Source of the DNA: Eledone cirrhosa
Lineage: Eukaryota
DNA: 64,000 nucleotides
Assembly: GCA_964016885.1 (NCBI GenBank)
Contig: OZ024740.1
Span: 380,866,001-380,930,000, forward strand
Reading direction: 5' to 3'
Shown: positions 12,776-27,807 of the stretch, in pieces
Layout of the letters: each line of letters opens with the position of its first letter
How positions within the stretch are numbered: position 1 is the stretch's first letter
The notes under the pieces: model-generated
Told to the model about the DNA's origin: nothing
The model's input: the letters and a program-made list of their open reading frames with translations, nothing else
Database searches by the model: none
Translations under genes and position numbers: made by a program

Positions 12776-13933
12776 TGAGAGATGGAGAGAGCGAGAGAGG
12801 CGAAAGCAGTGACAGTGGGCATTTCGTTCTTTTGTGTTCGGACCTTGTGTGTGTATATATATGTTTCACGGGGACATATTCATGTATGATCTAAATATCC
12901 TAAGTAAAAATATATTTATAGATGCATATCATACTGCGTTTTTTGGCAGAATATTGTTTTGGGGTGACATTCAACCCTTTTTATAAGTTTCCACCCCAAC
13001 CCTACTTCCAACTTCCTTGACGTGTTCCCGTCGTATTTCGTATAATGCATATGTTTAAACATATGATAACCATATGTCTTTTAACTCTTCAACATCATGG
13101 TTAGGATGTTGCTGTTAGTGACCTGTTATAGACAATTTGTAATTTTTTAAGAATTACTATTGATTGCAAATGCAACAGATTTCGAATTTGACGTGCTGAA
13201 CAGGTTCATTCCCTAATGTCATTCATGCGTCAACAAATCCTTCAGCAGATACTTTAAAACCCATGTTTTAAACCTTTCATCAACACATTTCTAATGAAAT
13301 AGTCTCCATTTCAGATAGTTAAAAACGTATTTGGATAGTTTGATTTAGATGATAAATTATTTCATAACTAACTTAGTAGCTGGGTCTTATATTATTCAAC
13401 TGGAAAATAATTAATTTAAATAGGAACCTATTAAATGGGTGGTTTTGTATTATAGAACCGAGTCGGTTTGCCCGAGATAATATCAAAAGCCTTATACTGA
13501 TGCCTTGTATGTTTGACATTACTATATTGTTGATTAAATTCAAGGATATAACCTCTTAGATGGAAAAAACGTGGGCACAGTCACCTGAGAAACTTGAACC
13601 AGACTATTACCATATGAACATGTTACCACTAAACGAAGGGGAGTCCTGACAGTTCTTGCCTTTAATTTAATACTTATATCTTTCAGCTAGACTGCTAGGA
13701 GCGTTATAATTTTGATTCTACCCAACTATATTTTCATTAATATGCGTTGTAGTAGCCTTTACCAAAAGCAAAACATGCACTTAATCTTCAATCTTACATG
13801 TTCCTAAAGCCTTCTATTGTTTACGCACACACTCACACACACGCGCGCGTGCGCTCGCATATATATATATATGTGCATGTATATATATATTTATATAATA
13901 TGTATATGTGGGTGTCCCTGTGTGTATATGTAA

Positions 13934-13968
<35 letters not shown>

Positions 13969-13970
13969 CA

Positions 13971-14460
13971 TAAGTATGTATACGTACATACATATAAGTA
14001 TACAGACGTACAGTAATATGTATATACATACATACATGCACACATATATATGTACGTATGGGTTTACCGAACATTTATTATAATTCTCGGTTTGTTTGTA
14101 AACAAACAGCCCGAATTATTAGCCGTACAGTGTTCGGCAACCATCGTTGCCATTTTGTTCAACACTGACAAAGGAACGATGAACTAGTTTCTAGCTTATT
14201 AGCTGTCATCAGTACCTTATACCTTCCTGTCAGTTGATTGAACGTTTGAAAGTATATACTTTCCTTATGCATATTAACGGCTGAGCAGCCTAATTTGCAT
14301 ATCGAGTGAGTTAGTCTGCCGGGCGTACCGAAATCGATAAAGGGAAAAAATGAAATTTCATTTCTCACTCTTAGTACGGCTGATACTTAAATATCAGCCG
14401 TACTAAGAGTGATACTTAAGTATCAGCCGTACTAAGAGTGAGAAATGAAATTTCATTTTT
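13971..14460 (-). mobile_element. HHR-bearing non-coding element, ~422-nt unit plus inverted 5' fragments (14393-14460)
   Basis: HHR at 14176-14218; circularly permuted relative to 1-257; microsatellite flanks. Confidence 0.75.
14176..14218 (-). ncRNA. Minimal type I hammerhead, intact core with weak stem I
   Basis: aaggta-CUGAUGA-cagct aata agcta-GAAAC UA GUU-catcgt. Confidence 0.7.
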
Positions 14461-14468
14461 CTACACAC

Positions 14469-14564
<96 letters not shown>

Positions 14565-14654
14565 GTTATATTTAATTTGTTGAGATACAACAACCAGAAT
14601 GGTTGCATTTTTTCAGGGTATGTCAATATTTATTTATAAAACAAACCTATATTA

Positions 14655-14720
14655 TATTTTATCTGATGAAAGCGCACCATACTTTGCCTTGGTAGGCCTT
14701 GAAATATGTATAATGAAATA
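14655..14720 (+). ncRNA. Minimal type I hammerhead within element ~14562-14762
   Basis: tattttat-CUGAUGA-aag...ctt-GAAAU AUGU AUA-atgaaata; 8-bp stem I; same family as 52015 and 53692. Confidence 0.85.
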
Positions 14721-15577
14721 AATATGGTTTTATAAATATAGTTTCCATTTGTTAATATATTGTATATATATATATATATATATGAATTACTTGGTCGTTT
14801 CTATGGCTGTGCGGATAATGGTTTAACCATCGTCTCAGTGTGTTTGGCCTTTTAACTTATGTTGTTGCTCTAGATCGCTAGCTTCTAGTGATCTAGCTTC
14901 TAGATCACACATCTCGGAAGTTGTTTTTCGCTAATTTCCAATAGCCGAAATACGATTCTCGCTAATTTATATTTGTATTTATATATACGTGTTTTCTATG
15001 TGTCCCTTCTGCGTTTATATGTTTATATGGGAAAAGTTTGTTTTCGTTTGCATGCATCGTTGAGTTTATTGGATTGAGAGAAACAATATCGGTTTAGACT
15101 ATAAACAATTGAAATAGTCCAGCTACTTTATATGCTGTATATTTTAACCTTCTTTTCAATTATATTGTTTTTCTTTGTTTCTCTGAGGGAACATTTAGTA
15201 CACTCGCTCTAAAAGAAAATGACACTAAAATACTTCAGGTTCAGCTGTTGATGTTGAACAATAGCCAATTAATATCATGTTTTGTTGTCTAAGAGACGTA
15301 TATATATTTATATATATTTATAGTGGTTATTATCGCCTTTCCTTTCCTCCTTTGCTTTTTATTCACTTCTACAGTGTCAAGCATACGCTCGCTTTCTCTC
15401 TCTCTCTCACCCACACGCACACATACACAAACACAAATACACCCACACACAGGCATGCACACACACACACACAACACATATATACACAACACATATATAT
15501 ATATATACACACAGACATAAATACACATACATAAATACATACATACATATATATATACGTACATACATACATATATA

Positions 15578-15926
15578 TACTAGCAGATTTACCCTGCGTT
15601 GCCCGGGGTTTGAAGTGCAACAAAGAATAAACAAGAAACAAACGATAATATTAGTGATTTATCTTCAAATGAATCTGATGTTTATATTTCTGTCAATAAA
15701 GTTGGTTATCTCCCTTACATCAATTTTGCTACTGATAATTTTGATATCGATTTTTCTATTGCTCAACGTGGGTCGATTTGAAAATTGTTTGTGATGTGAT
15801 AATCTTAGCGACCTGTGCAACGTGCATAGAAAATTTGGTCAAATTCAGTTGGTAATTGTAAAAGCCTTAAGTATGCAAAGTTGTACACAGACACACACAC
15901 ATCCTCGCTTTTATATATATAAAGAT
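15578..15926 (+). mobile_element. Non-autonomous Helitron/Helentron (DINE-like) element
   Basis: Starts tactagcagatttaccctgcgttgcccggg and ends with (CA)n then cttttatatatataaagat. Confidence 0.55.
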
Positions 15927-17110
15927 ATATACATACATAAATACATACATACGTACATACATCGATACATACATACATACCTACATACATACATGATGAT
16001 GGCTGCCCCCTCGTTGTCGAGTATGGCCATTGCACGATATACCATTATTAATAATAATTAATTAATTCTATCGTGCAATGCCTGTGCGTGAAGATATTTT
16101 TTAAAGTGACGAAAGACTGTGCACTGAGCCAATACCACTCTCTGAGCGACAGTAGCTATAACCCGAAAAGAAGAAAATATCAACATCATCAAGATCATAC
16201 ATACATTCATACATATCAAGTATAACACAAGTTCACAAGAGAATATAATGGGAGTGGCCCAATCCACAAAATCAAGTGTAAGTGTTTATGTTGTGTGTGA
16301 ACGCGAGTGTGAACGTGAGTGTGTGTATATATGCGTAGCGTGTGTGAGCGCGTGTGTACACACATAATGGCATATATAGATTTCATTCATTTTTGTGATG
16401 TATAAATAAAGTTAAGCAGCTGAAAACATAATTTCATTTTTATTACACAGCACTGTGCATATATATGAAGTAAAAACCCTGTTCTATTACTGGCACGTCA
16501 GAATTTTCTCGGGGACAATTCAGTTCTACATTTAACCCTAAGATTTTAAGACTGAAATTCATCCCCCCCCCCACACACACACACACATACACACACACAG
16601 AGACAAACACGCGCATATACACTGACAAACACACGCACACAGACATAGAGGGTGTGCGTGCACATGCATACGCACAGAGAGAGAAACATACACACGCACA
16701 GGCGCCCACTTATATACACACAGACAAACAAATGGTGTATGATGTTAACGACGTGTAGGATTTTTTTGTTGAAGCGTGGGCGACATGGACCGGCTCTGAA
16801 CAAACTGTTCCCAAGATACTATGCCATACTCACGGCTTTCAAGGATACACTCTGTCAAACCTTGTGGAACTTTTGCTGGGCGTCAACTATTCTCTTCCCC
16901 GTAACAAACTTACTATGGTGGACTTGATTTAGTATACGCATATTATTTATGCGGAAGGCGGCTGATTACAATAAATGTAATCTGAGTTTTTTTAATATTA
17001 ATAATATTCGATTCGTTTGCAATTATGCAAACAGCCTCTTTAAAGCCATGTCAGCAGAATGACTTCATCATTCTTGCTCTTGTGTTGGCATGTAAACAAA
17101 ACTGCAGACA

Positions 17111-17224
17111 CTAATATTTCTGGCCCAATAGTGCAGGCCCAATAGTTCTTGGCTAATAGTGCAGACCCAATAGTTCTGGCTAATAGTGCAGGCGCAATAG
17201 CTCTGACTAATAGTGCAGGCCCAA
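17111..17224. repeat. Minisatellite, ~27-bp unit ctaatagtgcaggcccaatagttctgg, ~4 copies
   Basis: Direct reading. Confidence 0.8.
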
Positions 17225-17989
17225 GCCACGCTGTATTATACGGTGCCTATTCGGCTCCATCCGGAGTTACGTGCCTGTACATACATACATTGTTTATGCC
17301 GACAACATAACCTATCCAACTCTGGAATTCTTTTATAAATGGTATGAATTGATCAACAATTTCGCTCACTAGATCACTTCTGTGTCTGGAGAGTTGTCTT
17401 TCCTTTTAATGTAGAGCATTGGCGGAGACATGTGGCGTGAAAGTGATTCAAATGTCTGGCTTGTCTACTTGTAGACAGTCCGTGTATCGCAGACATAGGA
17501 GAGCATCGTATGATTGATTGCTATTTTAGAGTGGTGATTATGCTGATAACCATACGGACCGAAACTTGAAATTATTGTCAAACGAAAGAACATTTGGTAA
17601 AAATTATTTTGAGTTGTGTTGAGGTATTATGATTGAATTCGTTATTGTTTAGGGCAGTTACTGTCACAACATCTCTGTTTTATTATTAACAAAGTCGAAA
17701 TGAAGCTGATTCTTCAATTTTTTTTTTAAAGTGAGGAAAGACTGTGCACTAAGCCAATCCCACTCTCTGAGCGATAGTAGCTATAACACGAAAAGAAGAA
17801 AAGATCAACATTATCGGTAATTACTGAGCCGCAGGTTTTATGTCGAAGTTATCCCAGTTTCCTGAGTTGCTTTCTCCCAGAAGAATGCCCTGAACAAAGG
17901 CTAGGGGGTCCTTCACTCCCAGTGGTTTAACCACGCGATCGGGTATCCAGCCCGATTATTACTATGTCCCCGCGCATACATACATACAG

Positions 17990-18291
17990 AAACTGGCACG
18001 CCGTCGGTTGCGACGGCGAGTTTTCCAGTTGATACTATCAACGGACAGCCTACACGTGACTGAGAATTTCACAGACACAGGTACCTTTTACGTAAGGAGA
18101 TTTAGCGTGACACAGAATGTGGAAAGGCTGGTCCTCTCAATTGCAGGTACAACTCATTTTTACGAGCTGAGTGGACTGGGGCAAAGTAAAGTAAAATATC
18201 TTGCCCTGAGGACACAACGCGCCGCCGGGAATCGAAGGTACGACCTTACGATCGGGACTTGAATATTCGAACCACAAAAGCATGCACCTTC
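17990..18291 (-). mobile_element. tRNA-derived SINE
   Basis: Reverse complement gives gtggttcgaa...ttcgattcccgg...gtgtcctcagggcaagatattttact. Confidence 0.6.
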
Positions 18292-18445
18292 ATACATACA
18301 TACATACATTCTGTATGTATGTATGCGCGGGGACATAGAAATAATCGGGCTGGATACCCGATCGCGTGGTTAAACCACTGGGAGTGAAGGACCCCCTAGC
18401 CTTTGTTCAGGGCATTCTTCTGGGAGAAAGCAACTCAGGAAACTA

Positions 18446-18928
18446 GGAGAATATTTATGCAGAACTGATGAGAAATCTGCAGATACTCCACCCTGATTAC
18501 ACCTTCAGATTTATGCCTGTGATTATTGGGGCACTGGGATATGTTAGTAGCCTCAATACAAATCTTGAGAAGCTAGGCTTCACAGGAACGGAAAGAACAC
18601 AACTAGTTAGGAAACTACAATTACAATCCATTAATGGAACAGTAAAAACATGTAAAACATTCCAAAAATTTTGCATCTAATAACTGCATATACACATGTA
18701 CAGATACAAAGCATATACACATGCACACATACAACTCAAAACATCCACATCCACACATACAATAACATCCATATCTACACATGCATGCATATATATCTAT
18801 CTAGTTGATGCTGTGTAAATTCCAATGAGAGAGTCTTGTGTCTATGTTAGAAACCGACTCTCTCTCTATTGGTAAAACTTTGTGAAATTATAAAACCAGA
18901 AGAACATACTTATACACATACATACATA
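18446..18928 (+). mobile_element. R4/Dong-like 3' end with TACA tail
   Basis: High similarity to 9930-10380; ORF ...PVIIGALG...CKTFQKF. Confidence 0.85.
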
Positions 18929-18929
18929 T

Positions 18930-19162
18930 AGCTTAGTGGTTAGTGCATTGGACTTGCAATCGAAAGATTGTGAGTTCAATCCTCGGACCGGGTGATGTGT
19001 TGTTTCCTTGAGCAAGATACCTTATTTCACGTTCCTCCAGTTTACTCGGCTGTAGAAATGAGATGATAGGACTGGGGTTCCTATCAAAAAATCACCCAAG
19101 ACACCTCCAACGAGATATACCTTGGAGGAGGCCAGCTAAACCTGCATGCTAAACCTGTCACA
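18930..19162 (+). mobile_element. tRNA-derived SINE
   Basis: gcttagtggttag...gagttcaatcct...ccttgagcaagatacctt. Confidence 0.65.
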
Positions 19163-19509
19163 TACATACATACATATTTTAATGCGTCTCTAACGAAGCC
19201 GTTATTATTACCTAAGCCTCTTCTTACAATACTTCATTAGCTTTTTGTGGTCGTTGTTGTTTTTAATTAGCCCCAAGTCAGCTCTTATCCAACAGATCTA
19301 TGTTTATCAAGGACGTTTCCGACCGTAAGAATCTTGTCTTTTCTTCCCCAGAAATTGAATAGATAGGATTACATTATCTCGTGTTGTGATTTTCATTGTT
19401 TTAAAAATACTGTTGTGTGTGATTTCGGGAGGTGGGGAATTTACAGCTATTTCTAGCATATTGCACGTAGGGATTCCTTTCTTAGCTCATTATCAATGAA
19501 TATGTTGGT

Positions 19510-19690
19510 AATAATTGTTTCTACTTTTGGCACAAGGCGAACAATTTAGGGTAAGAAGAAAGTATCGACCCAGTACTTGACTGTTGCTGTATTTTATCTA
19601 CCATAAGAGGATCAAAGGGAAAGTTAACCATGGCGAGATTTCAACTTCGAATATTAAGAGAGAGAACAAATACGCTCTACCAATTCTGCC
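19510..19690 (-). mobile_element. Decayed copy of the SINE clustered at 47-50 kb
   Basis: ataattgtttctacttttggcacaaggc...aaagttaacc. Confidence 0.65.
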
Positions 19691-20149
19691 AATCCACTAT
19701 CCTTGGCTATGATGATAATGATACTAACAATGATGCTGTGGATGATGATGATATATTGATGCTGATGATGAAAATGATGATGATGGTGACGATGAGGACG
19801 ATTGACATCATAAGCATAATTAGTATCATCTTCATCATCATCATGCTAGAGGAAAATGAGGAAAAAAGTTATTTTAATAAAAACCTACGTACATAAATAA
19901 ACATACTTCTGTACGAGTGTGTGCGTGTGGGTGTGTATATTTATGTGTATCTCCTTGTAATTAAATGCAAACCAATTTCGACCAAGACATTCTCAGATAT
20001 CAATATAGCTGTATCCTTTAGTCTAGACATATGTGTGTACGAATGTGTATATATGAGTGTGTGCGGATGCGTAGGCATGTATGTGTACTTCTATATATGT
20101 CGGTGTGTATGTGTGTAAGACGTCAATGTGGGTGGGTGTAAAATAAGGA

Positions 20150-20240
<91 letters not shown>

Positions 20241-20621
20241 AAACAGTGTTACAAAGTACGTTCCTTGAATATGTGTGTGCTTACAGGATATTTGGTGCAG
20301 TTATTTGAAGGAGGGTACAAACGTGTGAATATGTTTCTGCCCTGGGCCTCTTATTTTATTTGTTTCTTTGTTTTAGTTTATATATTTGTTTTCTATACTA
20401 TTTTAATACAAGTAAAAAAATCCAAAAATATGCGCATATTCATTGGTCGAAAGAATTATAGCAGGATTATATACTTACACATCTACACACACATACATAC
20501 ATACACATACAATTGTTTATATGTGTGTGTGTGTGTGTATGCTCACAAGGAACTCTATTTTTACCTATTATTTTTGTCACTTGATTTGAGACGCTCATGT
20601 TTCAGATTTCACACACACACA

Positions 20622-20677
<56 letters not shown>

Positions 20678-20681
20678 TATA

Positions 20682-20760
20682 TACAGTAGAACATCGGTTC
20701 ACAAACTTAATTCGTTCCTGAAGGGCGTTCGTCACACGAAATGTTCGTAAACTGAAATTC
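20682..20760 (+). mobile_element. Tigger/pogo-like transposon terminus (one end only)
   Basis: ta|cagtagaacatcggttcacaaacttaattcgttcc resembles pogo-type TIRs. Confidence 0.45.
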
Positions 20761-21567
20761 AGGAGGCTGAACTAAGCATAAGAGTTTCAGGAGCTGGTTC
20801 AGTAATTCAGTAATGCACATTCGGTAGTCAGAAAAAGGGAGGTAGGTGTAAAAGCCGGATCAGTTGGAGATAGTTGCTTGTGACAGTCTCCGCTGAAAGG
20901 AGTGTTTGAGGGCCCTACCCTCACGACCCTTCGAGAAGAAGAAGAAGAAGAAGAAGAAGAAGAAGAAGAAGAAGAAGAAGAAGAAGACATATATATATAC
21001 GTCTGTGTGTGTATGAGTGTATGTGAGAAAAAGAGAGAGAGGGGGAGAGAGAGAGAAGTGACTGAGAGAGGAAGAGAGAGAGAGAATAGGTTAAAGCAGT
21101 AAAAGAATGAGATAAAGAAATATACAAACAATAAAGGACTGGATGAAAGATACATATATAATTGGAAACCTGTGATGAACTTTACTAGGTGACTAAAGTC
21201 TTTTCTTGTCTATACACATCTGTTCTTAGTATTTCAACATCGCCATGATATGCGATGATATATGGTGTTTTCCTTAATCATGCCAGGTTTTTAATCCAGT
21301 TACCCAGAGATTTTATTTCTGTTGAAAGTGAAAGCAATTTAACACTTCCATTTTCGTTATGTAAAGAATGATGAAATACATTGGTTGTGAATATTCGCGT
21401 CCAACATTGTCTCATTAAAATATTTCCCATCTGTTTTTTTGTTGTCTCATTCTCTTTATAAACATCCGTTATCATCGGATATCCTGAATTCCGACATCGT
21501 TACAATAACTATTCCAACACTTGTGACTTATATGTATATATATATGTATGTATACATATATATATAT

Positions 21568-21682
<115 letters not shown>

Positions 21683-21899
21683 CGTGTGTGTGTGCGTGTG
21701 TGTGCGTGTGTGCCAATTCATAACGTAACAGTCAAGATTTTTAATATAAATAATAAACAATATTTCCTAGCACTAATTTAATCAAACAGAACCAGGATTC
21801 CTCACGAGGCGCGTATATATCGTGCCTATCTTGTCACTATAAATGCCAGTTTTTTGGGGGGTTGGTCTGACTTTTATATACTTTCCATTTCGTTCCTTC

Positions 21900-22350
21900 C
21901 AAGTTACTTATCCAGCTGACCAAATATAGAAAATCATCAACTTCTTAATTTAGTGACATATACACTGTCTTGGTAACATTTATATGTAGACCAATATTTC
22001 TGGCAGAGAATTCAACTTTTCGAAGACGTTCTTGAGCTTGATCAATGGTAAAGAATGGAAAAGCTAATCATCAGCAAAATATGTATCACATATGACAGTT
22101 GTTGGATTTCGCTTACTTCTCTTTTGTGTCAATGTAAATCCAAGATATTTGGCTGGTCTGCACTAAACTCAAATGAGGACATCAGGGGAAACTACACATT
22201 TGAAATTAATAACAGACACCATGCTCTTCAAGACCAATTGAAAATCAACTCTGCCAATACAATGTATGAAAACATAATTGAAGCACATAAAAAGGCTGCT
22301 AAACTACATATATATTTGAAACTGCGCAACGAGAAAAGCAAGACGTAAAA
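21900..22350 (+). mobile_element. Old LINE relic (RTE-like endonuclease-RT linker)
   Basis: WSALNSNEDIRGNYTFEINNRHHALQ...YENIIEAHKKAA. Confidence 0.5.
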
Positions 22351-23274
22351 GGAAAGGGAAAGAATTAAAAAGTGCCTATTCTAAACCCATGCTTCATCGG
22401 ACTGAAAGGAACAACCCTTAAACAGTGAGATATTAACAACCTTATTCAATGAAGTGCAAATAATACTTGCTGTTTGCCTGCTTGGTTTTATTGATGTATA
22501 TATATTACACACCAAAATATTAATATTAGATTTAGATAACAGTCAAATAAATTCTAATACGTCAGCCTATTAAATGTGTCAATAAAACAAATACCTCCGC
22601 TAGTTCACCACAGATTGGGTAGAACTTTGATTAAACCATTCCTTTTATTATATTTCTTCTTGGTCCTTCCAAATCCCATTGAAAAGTGAAGCCAGAAGCA
22701 TATCATCCAATGCGTCATTTTTTTATACGGTAAGGCATAACTTGAAAGAAACTTGAATGATGATTCTAGTGGATCAATCTTTGCTCGTACACCCTTTTCT
22801 GGCGAAACTATATACACAACATAAGCTGCGTTACAAAGACTAAACTTTCTATTATGAACGGAACACTGAGCAGAGCTCAAGAGAGTCCATACAGTTGAAT
22901 ACTGCATCCACATATTATACCACACCGCTACTGTTATTCTTTTATTCTTTTACTTGTTTTAGTTAGTAGAATGCTGTCATGTTGGTGGACAGGCTTAATT
23001 TACTTGGTAGACAGGCTTAATTTACTCATATCGACAACAGTACTTATACTTTCAAGTCTGGTAATTAATTTATACATTTCTTTTTTGCGGAACATAAACA
23101 TAGATAGACTCAAACGGAATCACAGGCATGGACAAACATACACAAACATACGCAGACATACACACACACACACGGGTGTGTAAAATTGTCTCCTGCGTTT
23201 TGTTCGTTCATTTTCAACTATACACGCACACACACACACACATATATACATATATATACATATATATATATATA

Positions 23275-23325
<51 letters not shown>

Positions 23326-23388
23326 ATACTTTGGGAGGGTCATGTTGCCAATAAAGAATCTTGCTAAACATATATGTATATATATATG

Positions 23389-23432
<44 letters not shown>

Positions 23433-23967
23433 CATATATATATACATAAAATGTTGCCAATAAAGAATCTTGCGAAACAAATTCAGAAACGAAATATATA
23501 TATATATATATAAATACATTATCGGAGAAAGCTTTTAGCGATACACCGGCCAAATCCTAACTCACTCAACAAACATTAGGAAATAAGTGAGTATATTCCT
23601 AATTAAACGTTCGGGGTGATAACTAATTGTATTGTGTGGAAAATTGGCTGTATTATTTCATATGAGATATATCGAATATATCTCTTCCCAGACGGACGTC
23701 TCGTTTCATTATAAGATTCCTACAATTTGGGTGAAATTATACCAATTTATGTAGAAGCTTGTATAAGATCAACAGATACTTATTCAATATTAAAATATAT
23801 ATATTAAAATAACAGATTAAAGTTTAAGCAAAGAATCGCTGCTTTCACCCTTAAACATTAATCTGTTATTTTAATAAATATTTGCTCTAGGGTTCTTATG
23901 TATTTGATATATATTTATCCTTATCGAGCCCTCTTTGGATTTTAGTCTTCACATTTATTATTATTAC

Positions 23968-24862
<895 letters not shown>

Positions 24863-25482
24863 AAGAACATACATACATACATAAATACATACATACATAC
24901 GTACATACATACGATTGCTTCATCTTGTTAGATGATAACCGCCACAAAATGACCTCAATCATTCCAGCAATTCTACACCCTCCCTTGTGCACGGAGGTGA
25001 CTTCTCATTTCAACAACAAAAGGCAAGATCACGACCACACCCCAGGCACATAATACACATCAGTACAGATCACTAGGGAACCGTGCTTACATGTATACAA
25101 ACATGCATAAATGCATACATATATACATACGTACATACATATATACATACACACATACATACATACATATATACATTCATAAATAAATGCATACATGCAT
25201 ATGCGTGAGTTTGTGTATGTATGTATTTATGTATATTTATATCTTTTCAGAGAGAGACAGAAAGATGCATATGTGTATATGTGAATACATGTGTGTGTAT
25301 AGGTGTGTTTCAGATGTTTAATGTGTTACCAAGATGACCTAGACAGAATAGTACCTAATGTATAGAGGCATGACGGGCTCTTGGGAAATATATTTCAGTC
25401 CCTTTCCTTGTTATCGACGTCCAGATTCCACAGTTCATTCGAAATATTTACACACACAGATACAAATATTTATATATAATGT

Positions 25483-25602
<120 letters not shown>

Positions 25603-25641
25603 GAGCGGAACAAGTAAACATTAAACAATCTTTTAAATAAA

Positions 25642-25676
<35 letters not shown>

Positions 25677-25880
25677 GTATATAATATATATATATATATA
25701 CCAAAAGTTTACGGTAGTGTCCAATCCGTATGAAGAACTCAATGTAATCCGGATATCATGAAAAGAGAAGATGCATTCAAAAAGTACTTTCGGTGAAAAA
25801 TAAACGGAAAACAGAGTCAAGATAAATTATTAAAAAAATAATGAATAAACAAAGAAACAGTTCCTTATATTAAAAAAAAT

Positions 25881-26022
25881 TCATTATTTTACGATCGTTT
25901 CTAGGATATATATGTGTTAGAATTGGTATGCATATTCTATAGATCTATGTACAATATTTATACAAACTATCAGAGGGAATATACATACCTTCACATATAT
26001 ATGCTGTCTTCAGAAATAATGA
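25881..26022 (-). ncRNA. Type I hammerhead with ~105-nt extended stem II (GUA site)
   Basis: tcattattt-CUGAAGA-[long hairpin]-GAAAC GAUC GUA-aaataatga; 9-bp stem I. Confidence 0.85.
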
Positions 26023-26655
26023 TACTTGTTTATTGATGAGAACAAAGATTCAATACAATAAGTCTGTTCGGGAACAGGTTTTGAATTGACCAATCAGGAG
26101 ATAGTGAGGGTCAAGATAGTGATACAGTATTAGAAGAACGTTAAATTATGGGTAGAGGAAGGTAGATTTCAGTTTTGGATGGAAAAGAGTATTATGAATG
26201 AAGGATTACTTTAGGGAAGAAGTAGGTCATATGTTGACCTCAGAAATAATTTTATTTGTTCATTGAATAAAACCAACAAAGATCCAATATAATAATGGAT
26301 TACTTTAGGGAAGGAGTAGGTCATATGTTGACCTCAGAAATAATTTTATTTTGTTAATTGAAATTAACCAACAAAGATCAAATAAATTCTGTCTGATTGG
26401 TAAGAGGTTTAGAATTAACCAATAGAAAATTAATAATAGGCCAAATGGTAAAATAGTAGTAATTGAAACTTATTTTAGGGGTGAAACTAGGTCAGGTGGT
26501 CAGTAGAAGGTATACAAGCAGTTGCTGTTATAAAATAGTGATGCCAATACAAATATCAAAGGTGACCAGAGTCTTAAGGTTAGGATGTTAGTGAAAAAAA
26601 TACATCTATGAAAAGGATATAAAATTAATTTAATTGATGGGTATATTTATATTGA

Positions 26656-27011
26656 TAAATGTAGAGTTAACACTAAAGACTCTATTTATTCATATATAGG
26701 AGCTACCTCTAACAATTTTAAGGTAAGATTTAATACCCACAAACATAGTTTTAAAAATGCCGCACTAGCTAATACAACATCTCTAGCTGAAAAAATTAAT
26801 AGTTATAGAAAGGAGAATATAGAATATGACCTGGAGTGTGCTCAAAAGGGCCACCCCTTATCAAAATAGTAGAAATGAATGTAGATTGTGTTCCCAAGAA
26901 CTTTTCGAAATAATGAAATCTAAGGATATCCTATTAAATAAGCGACAGGAATTAATAATATCGTGTAATCATAAACTGAGAAAAACATTTAAATATTATA
27001 AACCTAATTAA
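26656..27011 (+). pseudogene. PLE GIY-YIG endonuclease C-terminal fragment, frameshifted
   Basis: KCRV...YIGATSNNFKVRFNTHKHSF...TWSVLKRATPY...CRLCSQE...LLNKRQE...CNHK. Confidence 0.9.
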
Positions 27012-27500
27012 TATACACTTTAGAAATTAATATATAAATTAATTTTAATTTAGTTAACCTATAATTAATATTCTACTACAGATGAATTACAAAATTCTGC
27101 TTTAAATACTATAAACCTAATTAATATACACTTTAGAAATTAAAATATAAACTATTTTTAATTTAGTTAACCTATAATTAATATTCTACTACTGATGAAC
27201 TACATAATTTGGCTTTCCTTCTTACAAATATCATTTGCTAAAACTGATACCATTAAGTAAACATATGTAATTATTTTTAATTTAGTTAACCTATAATTAA
27301 TATTCTACTACCGATGAACTACATAATTCTGCTTTAAATATTATAAACCTAATTATTATACACCTTAGAAATTAATACATAAACTATTTTTATTTTAGTT
27401 AACCTATAATTAATATTCTACTAATGATGAACTACATAATTTGGCTTTCCTTCTTACAAATATCATTTCCTAAAACTGATACCATTAAGTAAACATATAT
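26985..27500. repeat. AT-rich imperfect tandem repeats (~110-130 bp) in the PLE 3' region
   Basis: tttagttaacctataattaatattctactac recurs four times. Confidence 0.8.
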
Positions 27501-27711
27501 AATGCTTTAACTTCAGGTTATGTTTCTATGTTCCTTGAAACCTATATATAATTACTATTTCCCACTAATAAATTTAATCCCCCCCCCAATAATTATATGT
27601 ATATGTAAGTGTGGATGTGTGTGTATATAAGTGTGTATGTATGGATGTGTGTATGTATGTGAGTGTAATAATATATATATATATGTATGTGTATATATAT
27701 ATATGTGTATA

Positions 27712-27807
<96 letters not shown>

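Noticed and set aside
17111-17224. Regular short repeats resembling a CRISPR array
   Set aside because: No unique spacers, eukaryotic context and no cas genes; this is a minisatellite.
23686-23780. Possible minus-strand HHR (CUGUUGA...GAAACG...CGUC)
   Set aside because: The core is mutated and stem I is absent. It may be a relic but is not supportable as a feature.
26030-26085. UUGAUGA-gaaca...tgttc as a second HHR in the pseudo-LTR
   Set aside because: There is no GAAA box, and the pairing is lost in the mirrored arm.
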